DNA of 64,000 bases, from the NCBI RefSeq assembly GCF_001194135.2, contig NC_068990.1, positions 3,356,096-3,420,095 on the forward strand, read 5' to 3'. This DNA is from Octopus bimaculoides (lineage: Eukaryota). Below the pieces are notes generated by a model that ran no database searches, was not told the origin of the DNA, and was given only the letters and a program-made list of their open reading frames with translations. This document shows, in pieces, positions 1 through 12,557 of this stretch. Numbering within the stretch: the first letter of the stretch is position 1; each line of letters begins with the position of its first letter. Made by a program: the position numbers and the translations under genes.

Positions 1-182
1 TGTCAGACGCATTACAGTGAAATATAATCTCTTCCATGCATCATTTTTCCTGGCAGCGTTTCTATAAATCATTTCTATTAATTTTAGTAGGATATTTTCT
101 CTCTGCTCTTATATTCCCACACTTTCCCTTCTCTCTTTCTCTCTTCCCCTCTGTCACTCTTTCCCCGTCTCTCTTTCTCTCC

Positions 183-186
183 CTGT

Positions 187-228
<42 letters not shown>
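183..228. repeat. (CT)n microsatellite
   Basis: Direct reading; similar (CT)n tracts at 888-980, 2562-2640 and 43447-43488. Explains the SLSLSL ORFs. Confidence 0.95.
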
Positions 229-230
<2 letters not shown>

Positions 231-895
231 TTGTCATTCTCTCACTTTAAACCTATTTTCGGGTTCTCTTTTATTATCTCGTTATGTCATTTTGTTTTTC
301 TTTTTTCGTTTTCCTCTTCATGGCATATTAGTGTCTACGTTAAAGTAAGTGGACGGATTATTCGTTCTATATACAACCGTTATGGTAACCGATTTTAGTG
401 TTAATTCAATCTTTATTCCTTCACGAAACTGCATCTTTCACGCGATATCCTATAGCTAAATTACACGTTGGAATGTGATAAGCTTCCCGAATGACCTGCG
501 TCTGTACATTATTGCATGTAGACTAGCACAAATAGTGCCTTGTAAGCAGAGTAATAATTTAATTGTATGTCCTCATTATATTAAAGCTCTTTTGTTATTT
601 TTAATATTCTCATTCTTATTATTTTATCTTATGTATTATTTTATTCAAAATTATCATCATATTCATCGCAAATTGTTATGGGAGAGGAAACGTAGAAAAT
701 TCGGCTGTCTCGTAGAACATAACTTTCTTCTCACTGCGTTCTGATTTCAAACCATACAAGAGTTGATTCTTGCATACATTGCCAATAGTGAAGTAAAGTA
801 GTTACTAATATTGCTATTCCTCTTGTTATGTCAAAAGTCAACTGAAACAGAGTCTACTCATAAGCAAATCACTTTAAACTCTAACAATCTCTCTC

Positions 896-964
<69 letters not shown>

Positions 965-2560
965 TTCTCTCTCTCTCTCTCCCTCTTCCTTATGACTTTT
1001 ATGCATTTTGATGTGTGTCTAGGAATAGGATATCTTATTTAAAAGATGTTATGGTCTTATTTGATGTATATTCGGCTTGCATTTTCTCACGGTTTGGGCT
1101 ACATTGTAACAGACACCTTCGTGTCTGAAGTACTTAATAGTATACAATAGTAGTTGTTTGTCCACCAGCCATCCTTGAGCGAATATACCTTTGAACAAAA
1201 AGCCTCGTAGCCATAACTACCGTTTTCTTTTTTTACGAGTGCAGGGAACTTATAAATACATTTATTCACTATACAATGTTTAAGTGATATTTTGGTTGAC
1301 ATTTGTACCTAGTTGAGCTACCACCTAGAGGCGCCATCGTTGGATAACTGTATTGTAAAGGAATTAGAAGTATTAACAGACACGCTTCTGCACGAAAGTG
1401 CATGGCTATACTTAGTTATGTTCGTTTAAGTTCTGCATTGAAATTTCACCATTGTCTCATTCGTACATAATCCTTGAATGTGACTCGTACTATAGTCCAT
1501 GTAACCGGTTATACAATTTCACAAACAAGTGGCATTTTGCCAATGTTAGAAACCAATATATTATGGTTGATTCAATCAACTATGCGAATTCTTTGGCTAT
1601 CATTTCAATAGAAGAATTCATTATTTCCTTCGAAGATGTTGAAGTTACTGAAACATAATTTTATAAAATAAGTTCAAATACAGAAATGGTCAACTTTATA
1701 TTTTGCCTCTGTAGAGTTCATAAAATAAGTACCCAGTTCAATATTGATGTTGTTTTGATTGATTGTGGCATCCCTGAAGTCTTTTTGGCATTCTACCAAT
1801 GTTAGAAAGACATAATTAATATTAGCGGGACAAGTTTTATACATGCTCCTATTTCTTATTTTGATGCATATATTCATTGAGCTGGATAGCAGTATCTCAT
1901 TATGGTAAAGATTTCATTTATGCGTTTTGACTTTGTTCCGTATTTATATTAGATACAGTATTACACTCAGACTTGTTACATCGAGTTGAAACTTTCCGGT
2001 GTGTCATCGGTTTCCTACCACAATGAAAATTATAAAAGGTGCTACTTTCAAATAAACCATGTGACAATCAGAATAATACGATGAAGGATTATACGAATTA
2101 GCGAAAACGATAGTATTATAAACTCCACGTTTATTATAAACTCCAGGTCGCAGAATACTTAGCCCGCAGGACAAAATGCTTAGCTGTATTTCTTACTCTC
2201 TTTATGTTCTGAGTTCAAACACCTATTTGATGAAATAGGTATCAGTCAAATCTTGAGGTTGATACATGCGACTAATCTCCTCTTCTGAAACGGCTGGACT
2301 TGACTCAAAAGAATTATAAATATTGCACATAGTATATTAAAAAATTTGGGAGAGTGGCGGTCAAAATACATTGTAATATTACCTTATGTCTTTATATTTC
2401 GCGCTAAGATACCACCTGTTCAACTTTGTCAATTTCCCCTTCAAATAGATTACATTGGCTCCGTTCCTTCAGGCAAACCGAACTAAACTTATGTTACTCA
2501 GAACAATAGTTTCCCTTCGTTTATCCACCATAGACACGACTCTATTTGCTCCCTCTCTCT

Positions 2561-2646
<86 letters not shown>

Positions 2647-4003
2647 CACCACTTCTGCAATCTATTAGCTGAACGAGGCCTGGCGTATAGAAAGTCTATT
2701 TCATGATCCTTGATCATGGGTTCAATTTCTGGAACCGGCAGCGCTTTGTTACCTTGATTAAAGCACTTCATCTCACGTTGTTCCAATTGATTCAGGTGTA
2801 ATGTGTACCAGCCTAGTATTGGTGCAGCCCTTCTTCCCTCCAGGTGTTACATCCTGGATGTTCTGCTTGGTCAAGAGATACGATGAGAGTGCGTCAAGCC
2901 CTATCACGAGTTCATAGTTGTCTAAAACAATTTGAAAATGCCTAGTACATACTCTCAAACCTACTCACTCGTAAATAAGGCTGGTTGTTTTTTGATTTCT
3001 GTTATACTCTTTCAAAATATTAGCTGGTACTGATAGGGCAAGTTTTGCAATATCCACTTCCTGTTTGCCTAATACCATATGTTTTAAAAAGTTAGATGCT
3101 ATTTAATTAATACCTATTTCTATACCTGGAGAGTGTTATAACTATAGCACTATATATATTTAGTGGTTTACGTTAATGTTTGTATTGATTATGGAAAATG
3201 TGAGTGACGGTAAACCAGGAGTTCTAACCTTAACAGCCGCAACAAATTATGTAAATTGTAAAACTTCTATATATATGAAAATATACTTCGTCTGCGATAG
3301 GCGCAAATTCTGTGCATCCTACACACATTACATATAAAAAGTTGCTTAGGAATCCCCAGTAATCCGATACGGGTTTAAATATTCGCACAAAATTTCCTCA
3401 CATTTCTATGCAACTGATATGATTTCTGTGTCTATTATTCATTTGAAGATCTTAGATTTGTGTTTGAACGTGATAATCTCTAAAACAAGTAAAAAGATGA
3501 AGTAGAAAGCTGACCCAGTTGTTGAACATTATTCAAGCACCCTGTCTAGCATTTACGTGTTGGAATATATTTATATAAAACAATCATAGACGCTATTTTA
3601 TCAATGTGGCCTTTCGGCAAAATTTTCAGAGTGTTTATAAGAAAGGCTATTAATTTTCTACATGAAAATTTATTAATTTATGTTGTATATGAAATTTTCA
3701 GTCAAAATTAGTAAATATCTTAACGAAATGCCCAAGGCAAACTTAAGTATATATTATTGTACTGAAAACAAAGCAATGAATGATATTATTGTTCTGAAAA
3801 TAAAGCAATAAATGGAATTTTCGCCGGTAGCTCGGCGTGGAAGAAATAGTAGCCAAATCTCTCTACTATCACAACCGTTATCAGTAAGGATCTGAAATTG
3901 CTGTAGTTGGCTTACATTTTAAAGTAGATCTGTATGATTGTGGCTGAAATATACGTTAAATAGCAGCAACAGTAAGTAACTGTAATATTAACATACATCT
4001 AGG

Positions 4004-4042
<39 letters not shown>

Positions 4043-4367
4043 NNNNNNNNNNNNNNNNNNNNNNNNNNNNNNNNNNNNNNNNNNNNNNNNNNNNNNNNNN
4101 NNNNNNNNNNNNNNNNNNNNNNNNNNNNNNNNNNNNNNNNNNNNNNNNNNNNNNNNNNNNNNNNNNNNNNNNNNNNNNNNNNNNNNNNNNNNNNNNNNNN
4201 NNNNNNNNNNNNNNNNNNNNNNNNNNNNNNNNNNNNNNNNNNNNNNNNNNNNNNNNNNNNNNNNNNNNNNNNNNNNNNNNNNNNNNNNNNNNNNNNNNNN
4301 NNNNNNNNNNNNNNNNNNNNNNNNNNNNNNNNNNNNNNNNNNNNNNNNNNNNNNNNNNNNNNNNNNN
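4043..4367. other. Assembly gap (N-run); others at 5985-6366, 6922-7324, 17972-17981, 20551-20805, 25935-25971, 30542-30801, 52287-53039, 53370-54069, 56184-56208, 57779-57984, 58763-58772, 59235-59244, 61411-62000
   Basis: N-runs read directly; most are flanked by (AT)n, (GT)n or (CA)n. Confidence 0.99.
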
Positions 4368-4376
4368 ATATATATA

Positions 4377-4582
4377 TTCTTCGTCTTTGTGTTTGTCGCC
4401 CCACCATCGCTTGACAACCGATGTTGTTGTGTTTACTTCCCCATAATTCAGCGGTTCGGCAAAATAGACCGATAGGATAAGTAATAGGCTTACAAAAAAT
4501 ACATCCTAGGGTCGATTTCTGTGATTAACACTTGCAAGCCGGTGCAGCAACATGGCTGCGTTCAAATCACTGGAAAAAGTAA
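4377..4582 (+). mobile_element. SINE family B, 3' half
   Basis: ccaccatcgcttgacaaccgatg...cggttcggcaaaa-agaccgata...gggtcgattt...catggctgc...aaatcactggaaa matches the 3' half of the full copy at 21810-22140. Confidence 0.8.
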
Positions 4583-4595
4583 AATATTATATACG

Positions 4596-4642
<47 letters not shown>

Positions 4643-4930
4643 TTTACCTCTTGAGATTTTATAAACATAAAGAGAACAATTGGTTCGTGGGTGAAACGTT
4701 TTAACCTGCAGCAGATAAGCTATAAATAATATTCTGTAAACATTTAGTTTAAAAAAATCTTTCCACAATAATATCAAAATGCCTTAATTTTGAACCCAAT
4801 ATTTATACGCTATTATTTATAGCTTATCTGTTTCAAGTTCCAACGGTCCCCATCCCCACCCAAAAAACGGAATTGCGCGCGCGCGCGTGTATGTGCGTGT
4901 TTGTGTGAGCGTGTGTGTGTGTATGTGCGT

Positions 4931-5240
4931 GTGTGTGCTCGTATTCTTTCCTTCGTGAATAGAAGAAATTGCATGTTCTTTTCAAATTTGATACTCAATA
5001 TATGGTATGAAGTTTGTGAGCCTATTTAGTGAGTGTGTTTGTGTGCACGAATTAATAGTATGTGTGTGTGTTTGTGTGCACGTATTAATAGTGTGTGTGT
5101 GTGTGTTTGTGTGCTCGTATTAATAGTGTGTGTGTGCGTATGTGTGTGCACGTATTATTTTCTTCGAAATAGAACGAAATAGCAAGTTCTTTTCAAATTT
5201 AGTACTTAATATATGATACGAATCTCGTGGTCCTATTTTA
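4931..5240 (+). repeat. ~100-bp diverged direct repeat (4931-5028 and 5143-5240) bracketing a GT-rich minisatellite (gtgtgcacgtattaatagt units)
   Basis: Shared blocks cgtatt..ttc..cttcg..aataga..gaaat.gca.gttcttttcaaattt..tact.aatatatg.ta.gaa..cctattta in both copies. Confidence 0.75.
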
Positions 5241-5636
5241 TTAATTCAAGATAATACACAATAATCGCTTCAGTCAAAGAGTTCTTTGGAACTGTCTTTA
5301 GAGGAAGAACTCTGATGTGGAAACGATTGTTGCGTTATTCGTTGAAAAACATACGTGGGGTTGCATGCATGAAAGCATTGGTGACCGTGTGGGTCGGTTG
5401 TATATTTATTTTTATATATATTTTTTACATTTGTTTCAGTCATTAGAATGCGTTTCTGCTGGAGCATCGCCATGAATTTTTGTCGAATGAATCGACCCTG
5501 GTACTTATTCTTTTTAAAGCCTGGACACGTATTCTATCGGACTGTTTTGCCGAACCGCTAGAATAAGGAGACACGAACACAACACCAGTTGTCAAGCGCG
5601 GGTGGGATGGACAAATATAGATACAAGACACATACA

Positions 5637-5901
5637 CTGAAAGAACCCTCGGCGTGTATACATATACATATATATATGTATATATTTATGTGTGTGATTG
5701 TGTTTGTTTCCACACTACCATCAACGCTTGACAACCGATGCTGTTGTGTTTATGTCTCCGTAAGCTAGCGGTTTGGCAAGGAGTGACCGATAGAATATGT
5801 ACTAGGCTTACAAAGAATAAATCCTGGAGTCAATTTCTTCCTATACACCCCTTTCAGTCTCAGTCGAATGACTGAAACAACTAAAGAATGAAATAATAAA
5901 A
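5637..5901 (+). mobile_element. SINE family B, 5'-truncated, with internal AT/GT microsatellite
   Basis: ctgaaagaacc..cg..gtatatata...cgcttgacaaccgatgctg...ggcttacaaagaataa.tcctgg.gtc...gaatgactgaaacaa.taaaga. Confidence 0.8.
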
Positions 5902-5930
5902 GAATATATATGTATGCATAAATAGATATT

Positions 5931-5984
<54 letters not shown>

Positions 5985-6869
5985 NNNNNNNNNNNNNNNN
6001 NNNNNNNNNNNNNNNNNNNNNNNNNNNNNNNNNNNNNNNNNNNNNNNNNNNNNNNNNNNNNNNNNNNNNNNNNNNNNNNNNNNNNNNNNNNNNNNNNNNN
6101 NNNNNNNNNNNNNNNNNNNNNNNNNNNNNNNNNNNNNNNNNNNNNNNNNNNNNNNNNNNNNNNNNNNNNNNNNNNNNNNNNNNNNNNNNNNNNNNNNNNN
6201 NNNNNNNNNNNNNNNNNNNNNNNNNNNNNNNNNNNNNNNNNNNNNNNNNNNNNNNNNNNNNNNNNNNNNNNNNNNNNNNNNNNNNNNNNNNNNNNNNNNN
6301 NNNNNNNNNNNNNNNNNNNNNNNNNNNNNNNNNNNNNNNNNNNNNNNNNNNNNNNNNNNNNNNNNNATATATATATATATATATATATACATATATGTAT
6401 ATATAACATATATGTATTTACACATACATGTATACCTACGGTTACACATACATATTTACAAATGGTGGCAGATAGAGAAGTCTGGGAAGCCATTTTAATA
6501 GCTTGACTCTGAACATATCGTATTCCTCTCTTGGTTGTGTTGTTATGTTAAAGTGGTTTATTAGTCTTTTCTGTGGAATAAGAAAAGTTTAATGCATTTT
6601 TTTTTTTGTATTTCAGCTGCACACGTATTGAAAACCAGAGTAAACAGGAAAGGATGTTACCTTGATATCGGAATGTTTGTGTGAAATGGATGAAGCCCAA
6701 CAAAGCAAACAGATTTAGAATATCTATTACGCTAGAGGTAATGTCACTTTCTTATATAATCCAGCGTGAAGAGTACGACAGGAATTGTCGCAAGTGCGAT
6801 TAGCTCATACGCACAAACATGCCATTAGTCATGCAACAATGTATATATACACATATACATATATTCATA

Positions 6870-6921
<52 letters not shown>

Positions 6922-7324
6922 NNNNNNNNNNNNNNNNNNNNNNNNNNNNNNNNNNNNNNNNNNNNNNNNNNNNNNNNNNNNNNNNNNNNNNNNNNNNNNN
7001 NNNNNNNNNNNNNNNNNNNNNNNNNNNNNNNNNNNNNNNNNNNNNNNNNNNNNNNNNNNNNNNNNNNNNNNNNNNNNNNNNNNNNNNNNNNNNNNNNNNN
7101 NNNNNNNNNNNNNNNNNNNNNNNNNNNNNNNNNNNNNNNNNNNNNNNNNNNNNNNNNNNNNNNNNNNNNNNNNNNNNNNNNNNNNNNNNNNNNNNNNNNN
7201 NNNNNNNNNNNNNNNNNNNNNNNNNNNNNNNNNNNNNNNNNNNNNNNNNNNNNNNNNNNNNNNNNNNNNNNNNNNNNNNNNNNNNNNNNNNNNNNNNNNN
7301 NNNNNNNNNNNNNNNNNNNNNNNN

Positions 7325-7356
<32 letters not shown>

Positions 7357-7419
7357 TATATACTTTTGTTATTTACACCACCTGTCCTCGTCTGTTGTTA
7401 TTTTTTGTATATTCTCCCA

Positions 7420-7450
<31 letters not shown>

Positions 7451-7468
7451 AAATATATATACATATAA

Positions 7469-7600
7469 TTTATTTAAAAGCAGCAAAAATAGAATAGAAT
7501 GTGTTACTCAGCTGTTCTATTTTAACAAAACTGTCCGACGAACGGGAACGTGAAACTCTGAGTAACAGCTTTTGTTATATTTCTGCTGCTTTTAAATAAA
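7469..7600. repeat. 43-bp inverted repeat (7469-7511 / 7558-7600) enclosing the hammerhead core
   Basis: tttatttaaaagcagcaaaaata-gaatagaatg-tgttactcag versus reverse complement of ctgagtaaca-gcttttgtta-tatttctgctgcttttaaataaa; 37/43 matches counted by hand. Confidence 0.9.
7523..7577 (+). ncRNA. Type I hammerhead ribozyme-like motif (U4C core variant)
   Basis: Stem I UAACAAAACUGU/ACAG(C)UUUUGUUA (12 bp, 1 bulge); core CCGACGA (7535-7541); stem II ACG-GGAA-CGU; GAAA (7552-7555); stem III ACU-CUG-AGU; GUA triplet, predicted cut after A7564. Confidence 0.7.
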
Positions 7601-9499
7601 GCATATTACTCTACCTCTGGCATTTGAGTACTCTTTTTTCCACCTTGTTGCACATTTCATGTGCTTACTCCGGTATATATATATATATATATGAATAATC
7701 GCCATGCACTCATTTCTAGTATCATAAAGATAGAAACAGCTATATCCATGAATCTGTCTGTGAATTGTTTCTGTCTAGGAAAACTACTTTCGTGAAGGGA
7801 GATATCTTTCCGTTTGCACTTCTTTCTAATTCCTCTTTTGATTATTGCCTTTGAGAAATTTTATGAAAGGATGTGAGGTGTTCTTTTAATCCTTTTATCA
7901 GTGTTTCACACATAAATCTTTTGGCAAACATACCTATTTGGCTTTAGATTTCACGTGGATCTTTGATATTCGCCCAGAATCCACATTTGCAGAGTATAAT
8001 GAAAGCGTTCTCTGTGACCCACATTGTTATCAACTCTGATATCGCCCTAGTTTTCGTTTTGTTACACTCATGCATCTTTCTATATATCAACTTACTTGTC
8101 GTCACCTTTAACACTGTTCACTGTAATTCAGATAGTTGATAGCACACTTTATTTTTCCCTCACCTTTCATACCGAAGCATCATCCACAGTCACTTTGTAG
8201 ATCTTACGAATTTCTTCATTCACTCCAAGGAAAACTTCCTCATTAATATCTTATAATGGAGTCTTACAAGTTGTGTTTACTTCAATCGGTGCAAAGACAC
8301 AATCAGTTTACACCACATTTCGCACCACATTGCCTGTAAATGTGAAAGATAGATATGTAACTAAAACCATCAAAGTTACCAATGCTAGGGCTCAAACTCA
8401 CTGACAATCGATCCTTACTTTTCGCAAAAAATAGTCTCTCATATTAATCTTAGAAAATAATTCCTTCGTCAACAACAGCTATTTCGCAACAGACTGGTGA
8501 AACCTATAATGAACTACCTTCACATATGGAATGCTAGTGCTGATACGCTCTGATTTCGTACTAGATCCAGAGAAGGGTCCTATAGGGCTGATTTGTATGG
8601 GATCGCTAACCAACATATGCCAAGCTGTGGCCATTTGATATGCGTCTTAGATTTCATGTTTCTCAGTCACAAAAATGATCTGTTCTGTCAATGCAGGCTA
8701 GCTTTCAGGTACATCCACTCAAGTTGACGAAAAACTAGTCTCTGCTCTTCAGATCACATATATTGTGACTATCTTCCAAGTCAGTACCCCGAAAATTATA
8801 GCCTTTAGTACTCTGAAATGTTTATGACTGAAGCTTGGTCGTTGTGGCCCAATTGATAAGGAAACATACTTATATAAGAAGCCTGGGTATTGGAAACACG
8901 AAACAAGTGGTTCTAAAGTATTTTCGTTTTATATGTTTTTGTGGAAGCCCATGCGAATATGCGTCTCACCAGATTTTGTCAAAGCATATCTATGCATGTT
9001 TAGTATATAATTGTGTGTGTGTGTGTAATATACATATATCAGCATGTCTAGACATGCAACTATATGCATGAGAAGACATAAAACAAAACGTACAAGTCTG
9101 CACATGTACATACAAACATACATGCATGCATACATACATACAAACATACATACTTACATACATACATACAAACACACATAGGGTGTTGATGATGCTGAAA
9201 TTTCAATGAAGGAGCTTTGGTTCTAGTTTAGAAACTGTTTTTTTCTCTATTTGCAAGAAATATTGAAATAAAACTGAATAATGACATAAATACGTACATA
9301 AATACATACATACATATATATATAAATAAATAAATAAATAAATATATATATATATATACATACACGCACATACATGCGTGCATGCATGCATAGTACATAC
9401 ATTCATACGTACATATATACGTACATACATACACACATGCATACGTAGATATATACATACATACATACATGCATACATACATACACTCATATGATACCT

Positions 9500-11300
9500 T
9501 GCTCCGAAGTGTCTCTATGTACACTTGTAAGCTTTGTATATTTCTGTATCTCAGTTTTTGTCTCCACCCATTCAAGATCTTTCTTACCGTTTGAATTTTC
9601 TTTCAATCTAGGCCATCTTCTCATTACGTAAACTCCAAAATCTACTGCTTGATACATAAACCACCCTTCATGTTGAGATCGGGGCATTTGGACTTAGGCT
9701 TATCCATTGCTAACTACTGTTCATTTCTTCAATTACATATGTGATACTTTAGTTATATCTCGTACACGTCTAAATAACTCCCTTTCATCATGAAGATTCT
9801 TCATAATACTGTATTTTTGAAGTTTGTGAGACGATTAGCAAGATTATGATTGCTATATCCTCTTCTTCCATATATTAAAACGCCTCTTATTAGTCTCATT
9901 TCCAGTTTAATTTTCACATGTATCGCCAATCTACGTAATTTCCACCCATTTGAAAGCGTTTGCATTGCTTGATTTGCTATATTAAATCCTTCATTAAATT
10001 CAGTTTCTAAAGATCCATCAGTTTGCGTAAAGGTTTCAAGATACTTAAAATTATTTCAGTCTTTTAGTATTTATTCCTTTAATGATACATTTCTCCTATC
10101 CGGTTGCCTGTCTACATAATTTATGTTTTATTGGTGTATGGCTATTTCATCCAGCTTCTCTTTCACTCTGTGTGTTATTGATGTTTCATTACTAATCACA
10201 ATGGTACCATCGGCATAATCAGAACCTGACAGTTACTTATATATATTAAGATTCTTGTATTCGTCTCATGACATGTCAGAACCGCAAAGAAGTGCGGCGG
10301 TAGGGATCTTCCTGCAATATCCTTCTCCTAAGTTCTAATCTATCTGTGAGTTGCCTTTGTGCGCCTACCAACATTTTAATCGTGGAACTACAAAATACAT
10401 TTGTTGGTAACCTTCGTCAAAGTAGTACCTTATAAACAGTAACTGGAAGTGGACAGTATGAAGTACATCTTTCAAAGTCTAAACACGCAGTTATATAGTG
10501 GAAATGTTACACATTGTTGCATCATACAACTTATAGAAACGTGCGGGACCTACAATCTCACCTGAAAACTACTGGTTTACTCCATAACATAGGCTTTAAT
10601 TTAATCTGTATGCTTTCGGAATACATTAAATAGTAAGGTATTCGGTGTTACACTTCTGCAATTTCCACTTTCCAAGGAATTTCACTCATGTTTTTTAATC
10701 CTAACCTTCAAGCATTTGATTCATATACTATTTCTTATAAATTAGTCTCAAAGCCTTTATAATCAGTTTTAACTATATTTATCATTTCTCGTAAAATTCT
10801 ACCAATTCCAAATCTGCTATTTTTGATAGGTTTCTGGGTTTTACTGTTTCATCAAATGATATTTCTTTTACAACCACTTACAGATTCCCTTATCAAACGG
10901 CCTTTAACAGAGCATTTCTCTAATTAAACGCATTGTTCATGACCGCTTAACATCTTTGAACTCTTTGCCCGGACTCATATATTATTTAATACGATTTAGT
11001 AATTACTTCCTACAGTGGGTAAATGATCTTTTTCATCAATTTCCACTTGCAGAAATGTTCTTTTATCTCATTTTAACACCATTTTAGTTCTCTGTTAAGA
11101 TTCTATCACTTAGCTGTGTACATTTTGGGGTTCGTCTTATTTCCATACGAACCTTCAATAATTCGTTTTCTCTCCATTCATGCTTCAGTAACTGGCTAGA
11201 TTTCATCTAAAATGCATGTTCTTTCTTTATGTATCTCTTCTACCTGTGGCTGCATTCTAATGTACTTGATTTACATCCTTTCATGCACCACGAATTTCTA
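9500..11300 (-). mobile_element. Decayed RTE-clade LINE (linker, RT and C-terminal region)
   Basis: Minus-strand translation gives DYADGTIVI (YADD motif, ~10200-10220), then KYLETFTQTDGSLETEFNEGFNIANQAMQTLSNGWKLRRLAIHVKIKLEMRLIRGVLIYG (~9868-10046), the typical RTE post-RT pattern; many stops and frameshifts. Confidence 0.8.
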
Positions 11301-11693
11301 CATCATTATTTATAGCTTCAAACACTAAGAATCAAGTACAAATCAATCCTTTAACATATGCTTAACAATCCACGTAACCGTTTTCTTTTGTCCTTTACCC
11401 CTCAACCTCAACTGAATTAGTCCTATTACTAATTGATGATAACTTTCAAAATCTGTACTTCGTTGACATCTAGCAAATTGAGGCGAATGTCATCGTTCCG
11501 AACGATTAACATCCTACTAGCTTATGGCACACACACGCACACGCACACATGTATACACTTCTGTGCACACACATATCTATATCTATCTACTTGTATATAT
11601 GTATGTATATATACATATGTACACACAAATATATGTATATCTATTTATCTACCTATGTATTTCCGAATTTGTGTAAATGTGTATAGAATACTA

Positions 11694-12263
11694 TATCAGT
11701 TGAATAAAGTTAAAATATGGTCTGACTTTCGCCCTTTTCTTATGGTATTTAAAAAAACTTATATTTTTTACAATCTTGAAGTGTTAAATATTAAAGATAT
11801 TTTGTAATGTTCATAAAAATCAATTAGCGCTTCCATACGCTCGTATAAATCATCAGATTTCAAAATGTATTTACCTGATAGTTGAGTTCTTCACAACTTG
11901 ACTTTTGCCTTTTTATACCTTTTAGAACGCTCAAGCAAGCTGAAATTTTGGAATACGGTTTTGACCAATTCGCATGCAGCTTAAAATTTACGGTCTGCCG
12001 GGCGTACCGATATTACGTATGCCAGTAATAGCAGTACGCCCGGTAAAGTATGACGTTTAAGAAGTATGTGGATTGGTCAAAACTCTCAGTTAAATACATT
12101 TAGAAATATGATGATTACTACGAATATATGAAGCGCTTATTGAACTTAAATATGATTTTAATATCTAACGCACTTCAATATTGTAAAAAAAATTTTTTTT
12201 TTTAAATACCACAATAAAAAACATGACAACCAGACCATATTTTCACTTTATTCAACTGATATA
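11694..12263. mobile_element. Fold-back MITE, ~570 bp, TA-flanked
   Basis: Terminal inverted repeats tatcagttgaataaagttaaaatatggtctg / cagaccatattttcactttattcaactgata; inner arms also pair, with central hairpin ccgggcgtac (11998-12007) / gtacgcccgg (12034-12043). A third TIR fragment lies at ~12562-12590. Confidence 0.8.
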
Positions 12264-12358
12264 TGTACATATATATATGTGTGTGTGTGTGCGTGTGTGT
12301 GTGTGTGTGTGTATCGTTGATGATTTTCTTTCTCCGTCTTCTTTTCCCTTTTTTCTCT

Positions 12359-12393
12359 ATTTCTGATGAAGAGCTCCGCTCGAAACGTGAAAT
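12359..12393 (+). ncRNA. Minimal PLE-type hammerhead motif, probably inactive (G at position 17)
   Basis: AUUU-CUGAUGA-A-GAGC-UCC-GCUC-GAAA-CGU-G-AAAU: stem I 4 bp, stem II 4 bp, palindromic ACGU stem III, but NUG instead of NUH. Confidence 0.6.
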
Positions 12394-12498
12394 CATTTTT
12401 CTTTTATTCCCTTTCCTGAGCGTCCAATAACACTGTACTTATTCCACGTCCTCGCGTTGTTGCTTTTTCGTCTTTTTTTCTTGCTTGTTCATGTTTGG

Positions 12499-12557
<59 letters not shown>

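Noticed and set aside
1321-1336. ccacctagaggcgcca resembling a CTCF site
   Set aside because: One base short of the core spacing and no supporting context.
2070-2122. aatacgatgaagg...gcgaaaacgatagtatt as a hammerhead remnant
   Set aside because: Core lacks U4, stem II does not pair and there is no NUH; too degenerate to call.
7700-8900. Possible further LINE-derived sequence
   Set aside because: No diagnostic RT or endonuclease motif could be read in any frame; left unassigned.
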